A DNA stretch of 54,644 bases, taken from assembly GCA_964019425.1 (NCBI GenBank), contig OZ025802.1:1178001-1232644 (forward strand). Reading direction: 5' to 3'. This DNA is from Flectonema sp. DT1601 (lineage: Eukaryota). Position 1 is the stretch's first letter, and the number at the start of each line of letters is the position of its first letter. The notes beneath the pieces are model-generated. The model did no database searches, had not been told where the DNA came from, and saw only the letters and a program-made list of their open reading frames with translations. Shown here in pieces: positions 11,523-21,850 of this stretch. The position numbers and the translations under genes are program-made.

Positions 11523-13319
11523 ATGGAGCTCGCGTTAGTAGTGAAGGGTCTTCCTGCTACTGTAGAAAAAGATACAGTTTGGAATGTCGATCCTTATAGA
11601 CCATTAGAGTGGAATGATCAAGTTGATAAATTATGCAAAGCAGTTGGTTTACAGAAATGTACTATACATTTAGCAAGAGGAACACCTGCTTTGAATTGTA
11701 GGCTATCACCGGGTGAATTAGGTATTCAAAAGAGTATTTGGTTGGAACCGAAATTCGCAGGAGAAAGACATGCCGGTTATCGGTCGTATGTTGAAGACTA
11801 CGTTACTCGGAATTACGGTCATCAATTTCCAATTGATACGACGTACAGCATACCTTCAAAGAAAAAACCTCAAAAACGAAATCACAAACCTCCATCACCC
11901 TCCGCATTTAAATTATCCTGGGAAGCAACTGATCCCTACAAAGAACTAATGTCTATTGATCATCATCACTATTCCGGAAGTCAGTCTTCTTCAACCATCA
12001 CAGAAGAACCAACTTATTGTATTGTGTGTAGTAGTCCTGATCCTTTAATAATGTGTAGAAGTTGCGATAGCGATGGTCGATTTACGTTTTTTTGTGAATT
12101 TGGATGCTTTCAACGATGGCATAAACACCCTTCACGGAGAGGTCATGAAGGATTAACAATAACAAAGAGAGACCATACTTCTAATCGAAGCAGAAGAGTA
12201 AGTGAGCGTCATACTGAAGACATGGATACGACTACAGAAGGATTCTCTGATGATGGTTGTTGTTATGTTTGTGGTGTTTCAAACAATAGAATGAGATATT
12301 GCGGAGATTGTCAAAATTCATTTTGCACTAATTGCTTTGATTCATGGCATCGACACAGTAGTCGTGAACATCACAAATCAATTCATAATATGGTTTCGAA
12401 AAGCAGAACTCTTATTAAAAGTTGTTATATCTGTTCAACAAGAGTCGCTGAGTGGACCTGCACAGAATGTAATGAAGGTTTTTGCGCTGGTGACTGCTAC
12501 ACAACTTGGCATAAGAACCCCAGGAGAGGATCTCATGAATTACCTAAACCCATCCATAATATGGTTCAATCTACGAGACCTGATTTTATTGGAAAGAATC
12601 AAACACAAAAACTCGAACATATTATGGATGATCGGCTGTGGTCGAGAACAGCTGGAGATGTTATTTGTGACTTATGCACTGATAACCTCGCTGTAGTTGT
12701 TACACTAGACGAAAGACAAGATCGACTATGCCTTGATTGTTTAAGTAGTAATCGCTTTGACTATAGTTGTTTACTATGTCCGTTACTTAGAGCATGTGAA
12801 GTTTGTGTTAATGATGAACATCGACCTGCTCTATTCCATTGTGATGATTGTAAGTTATCAATGTGCCCTCATTGCTTTGCTTTTGAACATACGCCTCATG
12901 ATATGCAGAAACATCCAATTACTAATTTGTACAATGCTGCAAGATCGTTTTTAATTCATCTCCTGCCTTGTTATAAACCATATGTACGTTATGTTGTTGA
13001 TGTTGGTAAGGGTCCTCCTGACCCTTTACCGTCAGCTCAGGGGAACCGCAGTTTAGATTTCGCTGGGTTCTTAACTCTTGCTGTGGTTTCTCCGTTTCCT
13101 AAGTGTTTGCAACCAAATTCATTCACTCGTCAATTCCGTTGTTTTCCGCAGGAAATTATTCTTGCAAAGTCACCTATTGCCGAATCTCACATTCAAGAGA
13201 ACTGGCCAACAGCTCTCCGGTCTGTTACATCATCAGACAAGTCATCCGTATCAAACTTACGTCAGATATATATGGAGACTGGGATCATTCCATTTAATAA
13301 GAAAGAGATGAATAGGTGA
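11523..13319 (+). CDS. Multi B-box-type zinc-finger protein (about 598 aa)
   Basis: Four CxxC..CxxC..C..C...H..H units plus one degenerate unit. Start moved to ATG 11523, after the pyrimidine tract and AG at 11502; the ORF track start at 11427 is a GTG. Confidence 0.88.
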   Translation: MELALVVKGLPATVEKDTVWNVDPYRPLEWNDQVDKLCKAVGLQKCTIHLARGTPALNCRLSPGELGIQKSIWLEPKFAGERHAGYRSYVEDYVTRNYGHQFPIDTTYSIPSKKKPQKRNHKPPSPSAFKLSWEATDPYKELMSIDHHHYSGSQSSSTITEEPTYCIVCSSPDPLIMCRSCDSDGRFTFFCEFGCFQRWHKHPSRRGHEGLTITKRDHTSNRSRRVSERHTEDMDTTTEGFSDDGCCYVCGVSNNRMRYCGDCQNSFCTNCFDSWHRHSSREHHKSIHNMVSKSRTLIKSCYICSTRVAEWTCTECNEGFCAGDCYTTWHKNPRRGSHELPKPIHNMVQSTRPDFIGKNQTQKLEHIMDDRLWSRTAGDVICDLCTDNLAVVVTLDERQDRLCLDCLSSNRFDYSCLLCPLLRACEVCVNDEHRPALFHCDDCKLSMCPHCFAFEHTPHDMQKHPITNLYNAARSFLIHLLPCYKPYVRYVVDVGKGPPDPLPSAQGNRSLDFAGFLTLAVVSPFPKCLQPNSFTRQFRCFPQEIILAKSPIAESHIQENWPTALRSVTSSDKSSVSNLRQIYMETGIIPFNKKEMNR

Positions 13320-13761
13320 CACAATTCAATTTTTTTTCTTTTTTTTTCAAACGTTTTTGTAAACCTCTTTTTAATTCAGATTATGCGATACTTGCATCGA
13401 GTGTCTCAACGTTGTTATTGAACTATGGATCCCCTCTTCTCTGAAAAGGGGTGATTGTTGTACATCTGTCAGTTTTTTTATTTTGATTTTTTGTTTTTAG
13501 AAGTGGACATCAGTCGGGGTTGTATACTAACAACAGATTCTTGCGATGAAATTTTCAAAAAAAAAAAAAAAAAGAAAAAAAAAAAAAATACGGTTTACAT
13601 GTGATTTATATTTTAGTTGTAGCATCCTTACTGACTGTGTTTTTGATCATCTGCGATAATCAAAAATTCGAGTCTTATTTTTTTGACCCGTCGTTGAAAT
13701 ATTTTATTATGTTATTAATTGTTTACTTTTTTTTTTTAATTGTGTTTTTTAGGAAGCGGGG

Positions 13762-13793
<32 letters not shown>

Positions 13794-13839
13794 GATGTCT
13801 TAAATATAAAAAAACACAAAAAATAACAAAAAAAAAAAA

Positions 13840-15210
13840 ATGATACTCCGATTAGCGTGTATTTGCACCTGCCTTTCAGCGGCATCAGCGGCAGGAAGTA
13901 TATTTAATCTGGATGATGAGTTATTAAATCATCCCTGGCATCTATTTGGAATGTTTGTATTGGTAATTGGAATGTCAGTTGGACACGAAGTATTTTTTGA
14001 ATGGCTCAATTCACAAGTGAAATCATCATCTGGTAAAAAGCTAAAAGAACACTTGGAACACGAAGTAATGAATCTAGGTTTGATTGGACTGTGGTTGACA
14101 TTCGTAGACGCTTTAGGAATAACACATGAGATTTGGTCGACAACTCTATTTCACTACACTCATTTTGTTTTATTTGTTATGATGATAATCTTAATGGGGC
14201 TCACTGGTACTCTTCTTTTCACTATGAAAGTTGTTTGGAAAACTTGGGTCAGATATGAACGATTTTGGAGACAGATAGAATACGACACAAATATCCCTCA
14301 GCGTCAAAAAGAGGTAACCCTTTCAATTTATTGGCACCGAAATCAAAATGCACAAAGAATGATTAGCTGTTTAGAATTCTTTCAAAAGAATATTCCAAAC
14401 AGATATAATGATGTTGAGTTCACTCGGTATTTAAAAAAATCTCAACGAAGATGGCTGCTACGACTTCTTCACTTAAATAAATATTCATGGGTGTCGTTAG
14501 TAGTTGTAATATCACTGATCGCATTATTCTTGCACATCAATAAAGATAATATTGACAGTGCTCTTGATGTGTTTATTTTCGTTTTCACAGTTGGATGGGG
14601 ATCTTTATTTAGTATTCTTCTCATAATGGGAAAAACGATTCGTTCGTTTAGACGATTTTGTCTTGCTATTAGTAAATATCAGGAACTGGCTGATCTAAAA
14701 AAAAAACGGAAATTCGATCCCGAGAATCCTCCTGCCTCGCCAATGGCTAGTTTCGATATGTCGAAATACTTTTGGAGGGGTGATCCTAATTTTCATATTC
14801 AAATTTTACAAATTATTCTTCTGTATCAAGTTTTTTACATGGCGGTAATAATTGTGAATGTGGTTCCCAAAGCCTATGTCATTCCTATGGGATGGGTTTT
14901 GGTTATTTCATCAATGGTTCCAACTATTGCTATATTTGGATTCCTACTCCCCACTATGATGCCACCATTCACATGTCTTGCTTCTCTTGGTACGTTTTTA
15001 GATTTGGAATTGTTGGAGGAAATGGCTTTCGGGTCAGAACGAGAAGTCGTCCCTCGAAAATTAGCAAATCTCGATTTGAGTATTAAAGCACTACCTTATT
15101 CAAGTGTTTATGGTAGTTTTTATCAATCTCCTGGAGCGGGTAGTGCTAGTTCTAATGTTCAGGTTAACGATCGAGGTCTTGCTTCTCCACTACTCCCTGC
15201 TAGCGTATAA
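13840..15210 (+). CDS. MLO-family multi-pass membrane protein (456 aa)
   Basis: Colinear MLO-like motifs: W..F.LVI.MSV.HE; EHLEHEVMNLGLIGL (cf. ELMLLGFISLLL); HYTHFVLF; WKTWVRYE; FTRYLKKS; FWRGDP..LYQVFYMA (cf. FWF.RP..LFQNAF); PPFTCLASLGT (cf. LPLYALVTQMGS); about seven hydrophobic segments. Confidence 0.82.
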   Translation: MILRLACICTCLSAASAAGSIFNLDDELLNHPWHLFGMFVLVIGMSVGHEVFFEWLNSQVKSSSGKKLKEHLEHEVMNLGLIGLWLTFVDALGITHEIWSTTLFHYTHFVLFVMMIILMGLTGTLLFTMKVVWKTWVRYERFWRQIEYDTNIPQRQKEVTLSIYWHRNQNAQRMISCLEFFQKNIPNRYNDVEFTRYLKKSQRRWLLRLLHLNKYSWVSLVVVISLIALFLHINKDNIDSALDVFIFVFTVGWGSLFSILLIMGKTIRSFRRFCLAISKYQELADLKKKRKFDPENPPASPMASFDMSKYFWRGDPNFHIQILQIILLYQVFYMAVIIVNVVPKAYVIPMGWVLVISSMVPTIAIFGFLLPTMMPPFTCLASLGTFLDLELLEEMAFGSEREVVPRKLANLDLSIKALPYSSVYGSFYQSPGAGSASSNVQVNDRGLASPLLPASV

Positions 15211-15861
15211 TAGAAAAACACTTTCTCCTAGCTTCTTTCTGGTTCACTCACACATTGTTGCAGAAATCGTCCACACACACCTTTTGTGATATTGGTTGTG
15301 CAAATCAGTGAAAAATGTCTTTTTGTTTGTTTCCTTTGAAATTCCTTCTTTCCAAAACTGGGGAGGGGGAAAAAAAAAAAAAAAAAAAGGGTTTTATCTA
15401 CACTTTTCTTGTTGGTGTACATATATTGTGGTCGGGTTCGTTTTTGAGTCTCTTTTTGCACGGAACAAATACTGTATGAGTGTGTGTGTTGTGTTTCGTG
15501 TAGTGGCACCGACACAGCTAACGTTAATAGGAGGGAATGTTCCTTCTACACTTGTGTACTCTCTCACTCCCAAATCGCAGTAACATGCTGCCCTCCCTCT
15601 TTATTTGTGTTTGTTTTTGTAAAATCTGTTTTTTTTTTTTTTTTTTTTTTTTTTAGACAGACCAAAGGCAACCAAAAGCTGTGACACAGCTATAAATCTT
15701 TCCTTAAAATTAAAAAGGGATCGCATACTTTATCCACATTGAGATCATTTCTCAGTCGTTGGCATTTCATTCGTTTTCTTTCCGAATTTATACATTTATT
15801 TTATTGTCGTCGTGTTTTTCTTTTTGACTCTCTATTCCCGTCTAAAAAATGTCAACCGACA

Positions 15862-16260
15862 AACAGCAGTCTCGGTAAGAGAAGCTGCCATGATTGAAAG
15901 AAGTCACCAAAATCAGTTTTACTATATAAGCCCGGTATGGCGGCACAGTTGCTGCTGTACTTGGTATTCAACTGACTGTTGGAGACAGTAGCGCATTCTA
16001 TTTATCTGCAATCTTGGATGGAGGGGTGTGTTGTGGACTATTTTTGTTTTTAGCAAAATGACCAACGGTAAGCCATTAGTTGTTTTTGAGCATTCTATTT
16101 ATTGATCACACCATACTATTAGTTCTTTCAGAACACTTCTGTGTTTCAATCTATTAGTCTCATACGATGGGATTACCTTGAACAAGTGTCAAACGAATTT
16201 GTCACGTCAGCGTCCCATTGCCAACGTTTGGGGGAACAGCAATCTCGGTAAGAGAAGCTG

Positions 16261-16291
<31 letters not shown>

Positions 16292-16905
16292 CCCGCTTGA
16301 AAAAAATATATTCAGATTATTTATAATCTTGACATTTACTGCTACGTATTCAGATTAAAAGCCAGCAGAAGTCTGGTCTTCTTTGGCTCAGCATGCCAAA
16401 CGAATTGAATGCCGTGGTACTCCTCCTCCTGTCAATACTTGAATTCAGCTTTCCTTGGCATGTCAAACAGATTTATCATGTCAGCGTCCCATTGCTAACG
16501 TGTTTAATGAACAGCAGTCTCGGTAAGAGAAGCTGATTAGGTTTGCTTTTTCCTTTTTTTTTTTTTTTTGTTGTTGTTGTTGTGGGATTTTCCCCACTTC
16601 TAGGCGCTACCAAAAAAAAAAAAATTTCTCCTCCTTATGTTTTTTTTCTTTTTTCTTCTAAACGTGTCTTTTATTTGATTAACAACTACAAATATATTTT
16701 CAGTCAAGTACTTGATATTAATACCTAAAGTTGTTACTGTTTTTACATCGTCAAAGTTTCACCTTTTTTTGAGACTTTTAAAGCGGATTGGTTCCAGACA
16801 AACACGGTTTTGATTTATCAAGTAATTAAATAGACAAGAGATGCTCAACTGGATGGTTCATGTGCAAGTTACCTTTTACAATATTCAGATTATTTATAAT
16901 CTTGA
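15862..16905. repeat. Degenerate local repeat array
   Basis: aacagca(g/a)tctcggtaagagaagctg at 15862-15887, 16235-16260 and 16510-16535; longer shared unit 16187-16262 vs 16461-16537; 25-nt identical atattcagattatttataatcttga at 16308-16332 and 16881-16905. Confidence 0.9.
16675..16749. repeat. Dispersed repeat, copy B (copy A at 1055-1148)
   Basis: Colinear identical blocks shared with 1055-1148. Confidence 0.85.
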
Positions 16906-18441
16906 GACCGCGTATCCAGATTAATAGCTGACAATACGTTAAATGAAGTGAATTAAAGCTCTTTGGCATGTCAAACAAATTATTAATAGGTGAATGCCGC
17001 GATATATTAATACTGTAATTATAAATATCATGGTGTATAAAAAATTTGGAGTATAACGACTTTGGATATAATAAAGATGGTGGATTTGGCCATTTTTTTG
17101 GAGATTTGGAGACTTTTTATACACCGTGATATTTATAATTACGGTACTTATTTTTTTAAAAAAAAAAAAAAAAAACAACAACAACGCAATTTTTTTTTCT
17201 TCTCATAGTTATGAGGTTTACCCTTGCGAACCATCACGTTACGGATGGTTGTTATTTTTATTATTATTATTATTATTATTTTTTTTTGATTTGACACTCA
17301 AAATAGTAAACAGTTTTTTTTTTTTGCAGCGAGTTATATTTTTTTATTTTGAACGACGAAAAAGGAAATTGTGTCTTAGCTGACATCATTGCCTGACTTG
17401 TAGTGTTATGTTTTTTTTTTCCTCCTTTTCTTTCTTCTTGATCTCGCCCACGATATCAGTGTTTGTATATTAGTAGTCAACAACAAGGTGGAAAGCTGAA
17501 GATTGGTCTTTTAATTTATAGAAAAAAATTAAATTATTAAAATTAATTTAATTTTCTTCAACTGAAGCAAATTCAACATTTGAATTATATAAACTAACTC
17601 AACAAAAGTAACCCTTGAAGAGTTTCTTTTTTTTTTGATTGACTAATAATTATTAATACCAAACTTCTGAAGTAATAATATGTAATATAATGTTTTTTTA
17701 TATCTCTTTTTAAACTCACATTTGGGTGCATTAACGTCTTCATGATTTCCATAGTTTCTCAACTTGTTTAAGTAAATCCTCGTAAGGGTTATTTGTTGAA
17801 TTACTGTTTACGAATCGAATGTCGAAAATGCACAGGACGTTTACAGTTGAAGTCCTTATTTATCACTTTTATTTTTAAAAAAAAGTTGATTCTTGTTGTT
17901 TGTTTATAAGAAGACATGCCAGTGAGAGTCTCACGGCAGTGCGATGCTATTCTCATTCGAGAAGTTGTGTCAGTTTTCGTGGTTTTTTTTTACCTACTAT
18001 TTATGAAGAACAACCGTTAGTAAATAGAATATCTCACTGTCTGGTTGGGCTGATAGTGTTATGTTTGTAGGTAATTGTCTTGTTCTTTCTCTTCCTTCTG
18101 TCTATCCACATCGTTGGAAACTTTATCTTCATAAGTCATTCCCTTTAGTCGAAGTAGCTCATTGCCGCAATAATGCTCCCTAAGCTCCCTTTAATGATCT
18201 TTGAGAAGCAAGTGGCAGGCAGTCACACAACACTTTTCGCAAGCTACTCATAATAGTTTGCGTGTATTTTTTTACTGTTTTATGTTTTGGTTTATTTGCT
18301 ATGTATTGGGACACCGTTCTATCAGCAGCAGACTGCTGTGAGCTTCATGTAATGTTATTATTCGTTAACAGGTAGATGAGGTGTAGGAGGAGTACACGTG
18401 ATCGGGTTATCAAATCTTTTAGTTTTTAGGAAAACACACAC

Positions 18442-18888
18442 ATGGGAAACTTGTGTTCGAAAACTGAAAGAAATAGTACTAGAGGAAAGGATTGACTCGC
18501 AGCGAGGGGTAGGTCCCGTCACCAGAGGTCGTCAGATTGTAGTGGTTCATCAACACCACTGACACTTGATAATCGTCCAAGTTGGGAAATTGTTGCTGAA
18601 GAAGAAACTGAGAAGACAGGAGAAGATTTGTGGTTGAAATTACGAACTCACTGGGTACGAACACCACCGAAATCTCCACTGACTCCTGGTCTTGGTTACA
18701 GTAACTTATCGACTCCTGGGAGACTTACTAATAAAAAGAGTTTTCACACTGAAAACAGCAGTTTAAAGATCGGGAGAGCAGCGTTAGTAATGGAACCTAA
18801 CCCCTCAACATTCCCACAGCCTATACCTCTTAGTTCTTTACTTAGAGCTTCTACTGGTGTTTTTGGTCAAAATGATTGGCCAGATTAG
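18442..18888 (+). CDS. DUF4050 (Gag1-like clamp)-type protein with N-terminal acylation motif, interrupted by an in-frame TGA at 18493-18495
   Basis: T-rich acceptor AG at 18429; ATG 18442 gives MGNLCSK...KD*LAARG...GEDLWLKLRTHW...FPQPIPLSSLL...; one frame throughout; G..LW...R..W and FPQPIPLS match DUF4050 motifs as I recall them. Could be a pseudogene. Confidence 0.65.
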
Positions 18889-20807
18889 TTTTTTTTTTTA
18901 AAACTTATTTAGGAATCAAACGGTTCCTCGTCATATACACAATCGTACGGTTTAGTACTTTTTTTTTTTTTTTTAAAACGAATTTCTTTTTCGCCCCTCG
19001 TGTTTTTAATTATGATTATACCCGTGTTTCTGATTTACACAGTTAACGGATTTTACGATTTCATTTGCATGAGGGGACAAACAAACAAAACAAACAAATA
19101 AAAATTAGTAGCCTGCTGTCTAGATGAAACGGTCTATTCTTGTGTCTCACATTCGGGAGGTGAGTTCCAACTCATTATCGGATATCGACTTAGATGAACC
19201 GACACCCTTTGTGAGATCTGATGAGCAACTACTGCGGACGCCTTAAGTTGTTTGTATGATATTTTAAACTAATTCCTCATTCTCATTTCTTAAATTGAAT
19301 GAGAGATGGTTGGACTTGCGTTTTTCATTAGCTTTTTGTTGTCATAAAAGGACTCTTATAAGTTAACATTTTTTTTTTTTTTTTAAATCCTGTGAAATAA
19401 TCCACTTCAACTCTCTCCTTGCTTATTCTAATTAAGTTTCAGTTTAGTATTTTGTTATTCTTCTTATTTCAAGCAGCGTGCGTTGTTCGAATTTCCTTTT
19501 TCTTACTTTTTATTTTTAATTTTGGAGCAAAAACATACGAATTTCTACACAAATCTATTTGAAAATGAATTGTTCTCTTTTTTTCTTCATTTCTAAATTT
19601 TTTCGCACGCATCTCTTGATGCTATGATTTTAGGCTTTTTGCTCTATTCTTTTTTTAGTAAATCCTATGCGTGTTTTTTTTTATTTTTTTTTTACGATTT
19701 TTGATCCAATCGATTCAGTCCTCGTGCCTTTATGATTGCTATCTGTTTTTACAGTCTTCTATTTTTGCACGGGCAATGAGTCTTGGTCATTCATTTCTTC
19801 ATGGTTGTTTATCAAAATGACTACCAACCCGCTTTTCAATAAAATTATTTTTCATTTTTTATTAAAATGGTTTAATGAAATATTCGGAATTGTTTCTTCA
19901 TTCGCCTCTGCCTTCATAAATGATGGTTTGTTCTTAATGAAGAAAATAATTAACCCCCCTTACTAATAATTTCTACAGTTTCTTTTTTTTTTTTTTTGTT
20001 GTGGAAATTAAATTATTAACAATCGTACTAGTAGTATGTGAGTTTATCCCTGTCGAGTTATTTAATGTATTTTTTTTTTTTTTTTCCACTTAATGTTGAA
20101 TATTATTTATTCACGAGTATATTTTCTTTTCGTTGTTGTACCGACTACGAAACTATTCAGATTGAAAGTCAGTATTTCTTATAGTCAGGATTTTGTCTTC
20201 GTTCAACGAAACATAAGGCTAATCTGAATAGTTTTGTGTTGTTTGTTGTAATTACACGTATGCTATGCTTGAGATATTTTTTCGTAAAAGTACTATTACT
20301 GCGTGTTGTTCACTCTCGCGGTGTAATTCAAGATTGTCTACTCAAATGAGAGTCTTTCAGTTATTTCCTGTAAATATATATCCTCGGCTTTTTAAGTCTT
20401 TGTTAAATAAATAAGCTGAAGTCTGCTTGTGCTGTGATGTTAAGTCAAGGTCTCGAAACGATCCAGATCAGGATGTCTTAGCCAATAGCAGATGATGATA
20501 ATTATAGTCACTTAACTTCAGGTTTTTTTTCAATAAAAAAATAAAAAATAAGCACTTGCCCTGCTTTGACAGATATATCACAGGTTGATGATACCTGTGG
20601 CTTTTTTCTCCCTTTTTGTTTCTGGTTTGTTTGGTTTTCTTTTCCTCTCTTATGATTCTTTATATTGCCAGGCCCGTGTTCCTGTTGCACTGATGCAAAT
20701 CTTCTTATGACTTCCTTCTAAAAGGTTACTCATTGAAGGTACCGCACACTAATACAAAAGCTTACAGTGGTTGCGGAATACTTGTCGCAAGCCGTTTTCA
20801 TCTTGGT

Positions 20808-20842
<35 letters not shown>

Positions 20843-21114
20843 GACTCTCAGAGAAAAAGAAATTTGAAAAAAAAAAAAAAAAGTAACCTTGTTTTGTAAA
20901 ATATACAAATTCTCTAATTTTATGTTCCCTACGAGATAACAACACTTCTATTCTATTCTTCGCTCGTATTGAATTCTCTCATGTGTGGCTCTACGCACTA
21001 CAGTTGTCGAAACTTTTGAGTAGTAGTTCTCTTTTAATATCTTTCTTGCAATCTTGGTTAAATTATTTTTCCTCTTTTTTTATGGATTACACTTACTATT
21101 AATTATATTACATC

Positions 21115-21351
21115 CTTCACTTGAAGCTAATTCAACAATCCATACTGAGTCTTCAGCAACAGTTACGGATTGGGTCCTTTGTTGCTGTGAGTTACCTCCC
21201 TGGAGCACTCAACTCACGGTTGGATTAAATAACAAACTAACTATACTTCACCTGAAGCTAATTCAACAATCAATACGGATTGGGTCCTCTGTTTGCTGTG
21301 AGTTACCTCCCTAGAGCACTCATAATATACAGCAACGTTGGATTAAATAAC
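21115..21351. repeat. Two-copy tandem duplication (21115-21233 and 21246-21351, offset 131 nt)
   Basis: Shared blocks tgaagctaattcaacaatc, tacggattgggtcct, gctgtgagttacctccct.gagcactca and gttggattaaataac. Confidence 0.92.
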
Positions 21352-21680
21352 TATCTGGGGTCTACTTATGTTACCTGTTGCCCTCGTAGCTCTATTAGAG
21401 TAACTCGATGCTCTGTAGTTTGCTGTTATCAGACGATGCGTAATTTGTAATGTGGTGGACTTCCTTCTTTTATCTATATCGTGCTCAATGTGTCGGGTTG
21501 AACTTAAATTAGTTTTATTTTTTTGTTCTTTGCAGCCACACATATATTTTCCTCTTTTCAAAATAAGTAAAAAAATAATAAGTGAAAATTTGTCTTTTTC
21601 CTTTTTTTCTTTTTAGTATTTTTGTTTAAAAAAAAGGAAAAGCAAAAAAGGGGCTAAACATGATTAAGTTTCGGAATATT

Positions 21681-21756
21681 TTATTTTTCTAATTCAGAGA
21701 CCAGGGGGGGTGTGTGTGTCAATATGGATAAGCAACTGAAGTATATCAAAAATCGA
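21681..21756 (+). repeat. Diverged duplicate of the dynein acceptor, 5' UTR and first ~11 codons
   Basis: ttatttttctaattcagagaccaggggg at 21681 and 21811; ATG 21724 MDKQLKYIKNR vs ATG 21851 MDNRLKYIRNR. Confidence 0.92.
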
Positions 21757-21807
21757 ATCGAGTGTTTTCTGACTAAGTCATTCACAACAGGTGTTTCTTT
21801 AACCCTC

Positions 21808-21827
21808 AATTTATTTTTCTAATTCAG
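21808..21827 (+). promoter_or_regulatory. Putative trans-splice acceptor of the dynein gene (representative; similar T-rich tract + AG at 2783, 11502, 13752, 18429, 38099, 46737, 48366, 52514)
   Basis: T-rich tract ending in AG within about 10-90 nt upstream of the ATG, with no upstream coding exon evident. Trans-splicing itself is inferred. Confidence 0.55.
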
Positions 21828-21850
21828 AGACCAGGGGGAGGAGTGTCAAT

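Noticed and set aside
15862..16535. Repeated hairpin motif considered as a CRISPR array
   Set aside because: Spacing is irregular (about 275-373 nt), flanks are homologous rather than unique spacers, the context is eukaryotic and no cas genes are present.
19120..19235. CTGATGAG with an upstream GAAAC, suggesting a hammerhead ribozyme
   Set aside because: Stems II and III cannot be formed.
20375..20400. atatatcctcggcttttt resembles the U2 snRNA 5' end (also gtgtagta near 46238)
   Set aside because: The GCTAAGATCA segment and the rest of U2 are missing.
21102..21125. ILHPSLE peptide and 13-nt identity (ccttcacttgaag) shared with the dynein CDS near 24740
   Set aside because: Similarity does not extend; not enough to call a pseudogene fragment.
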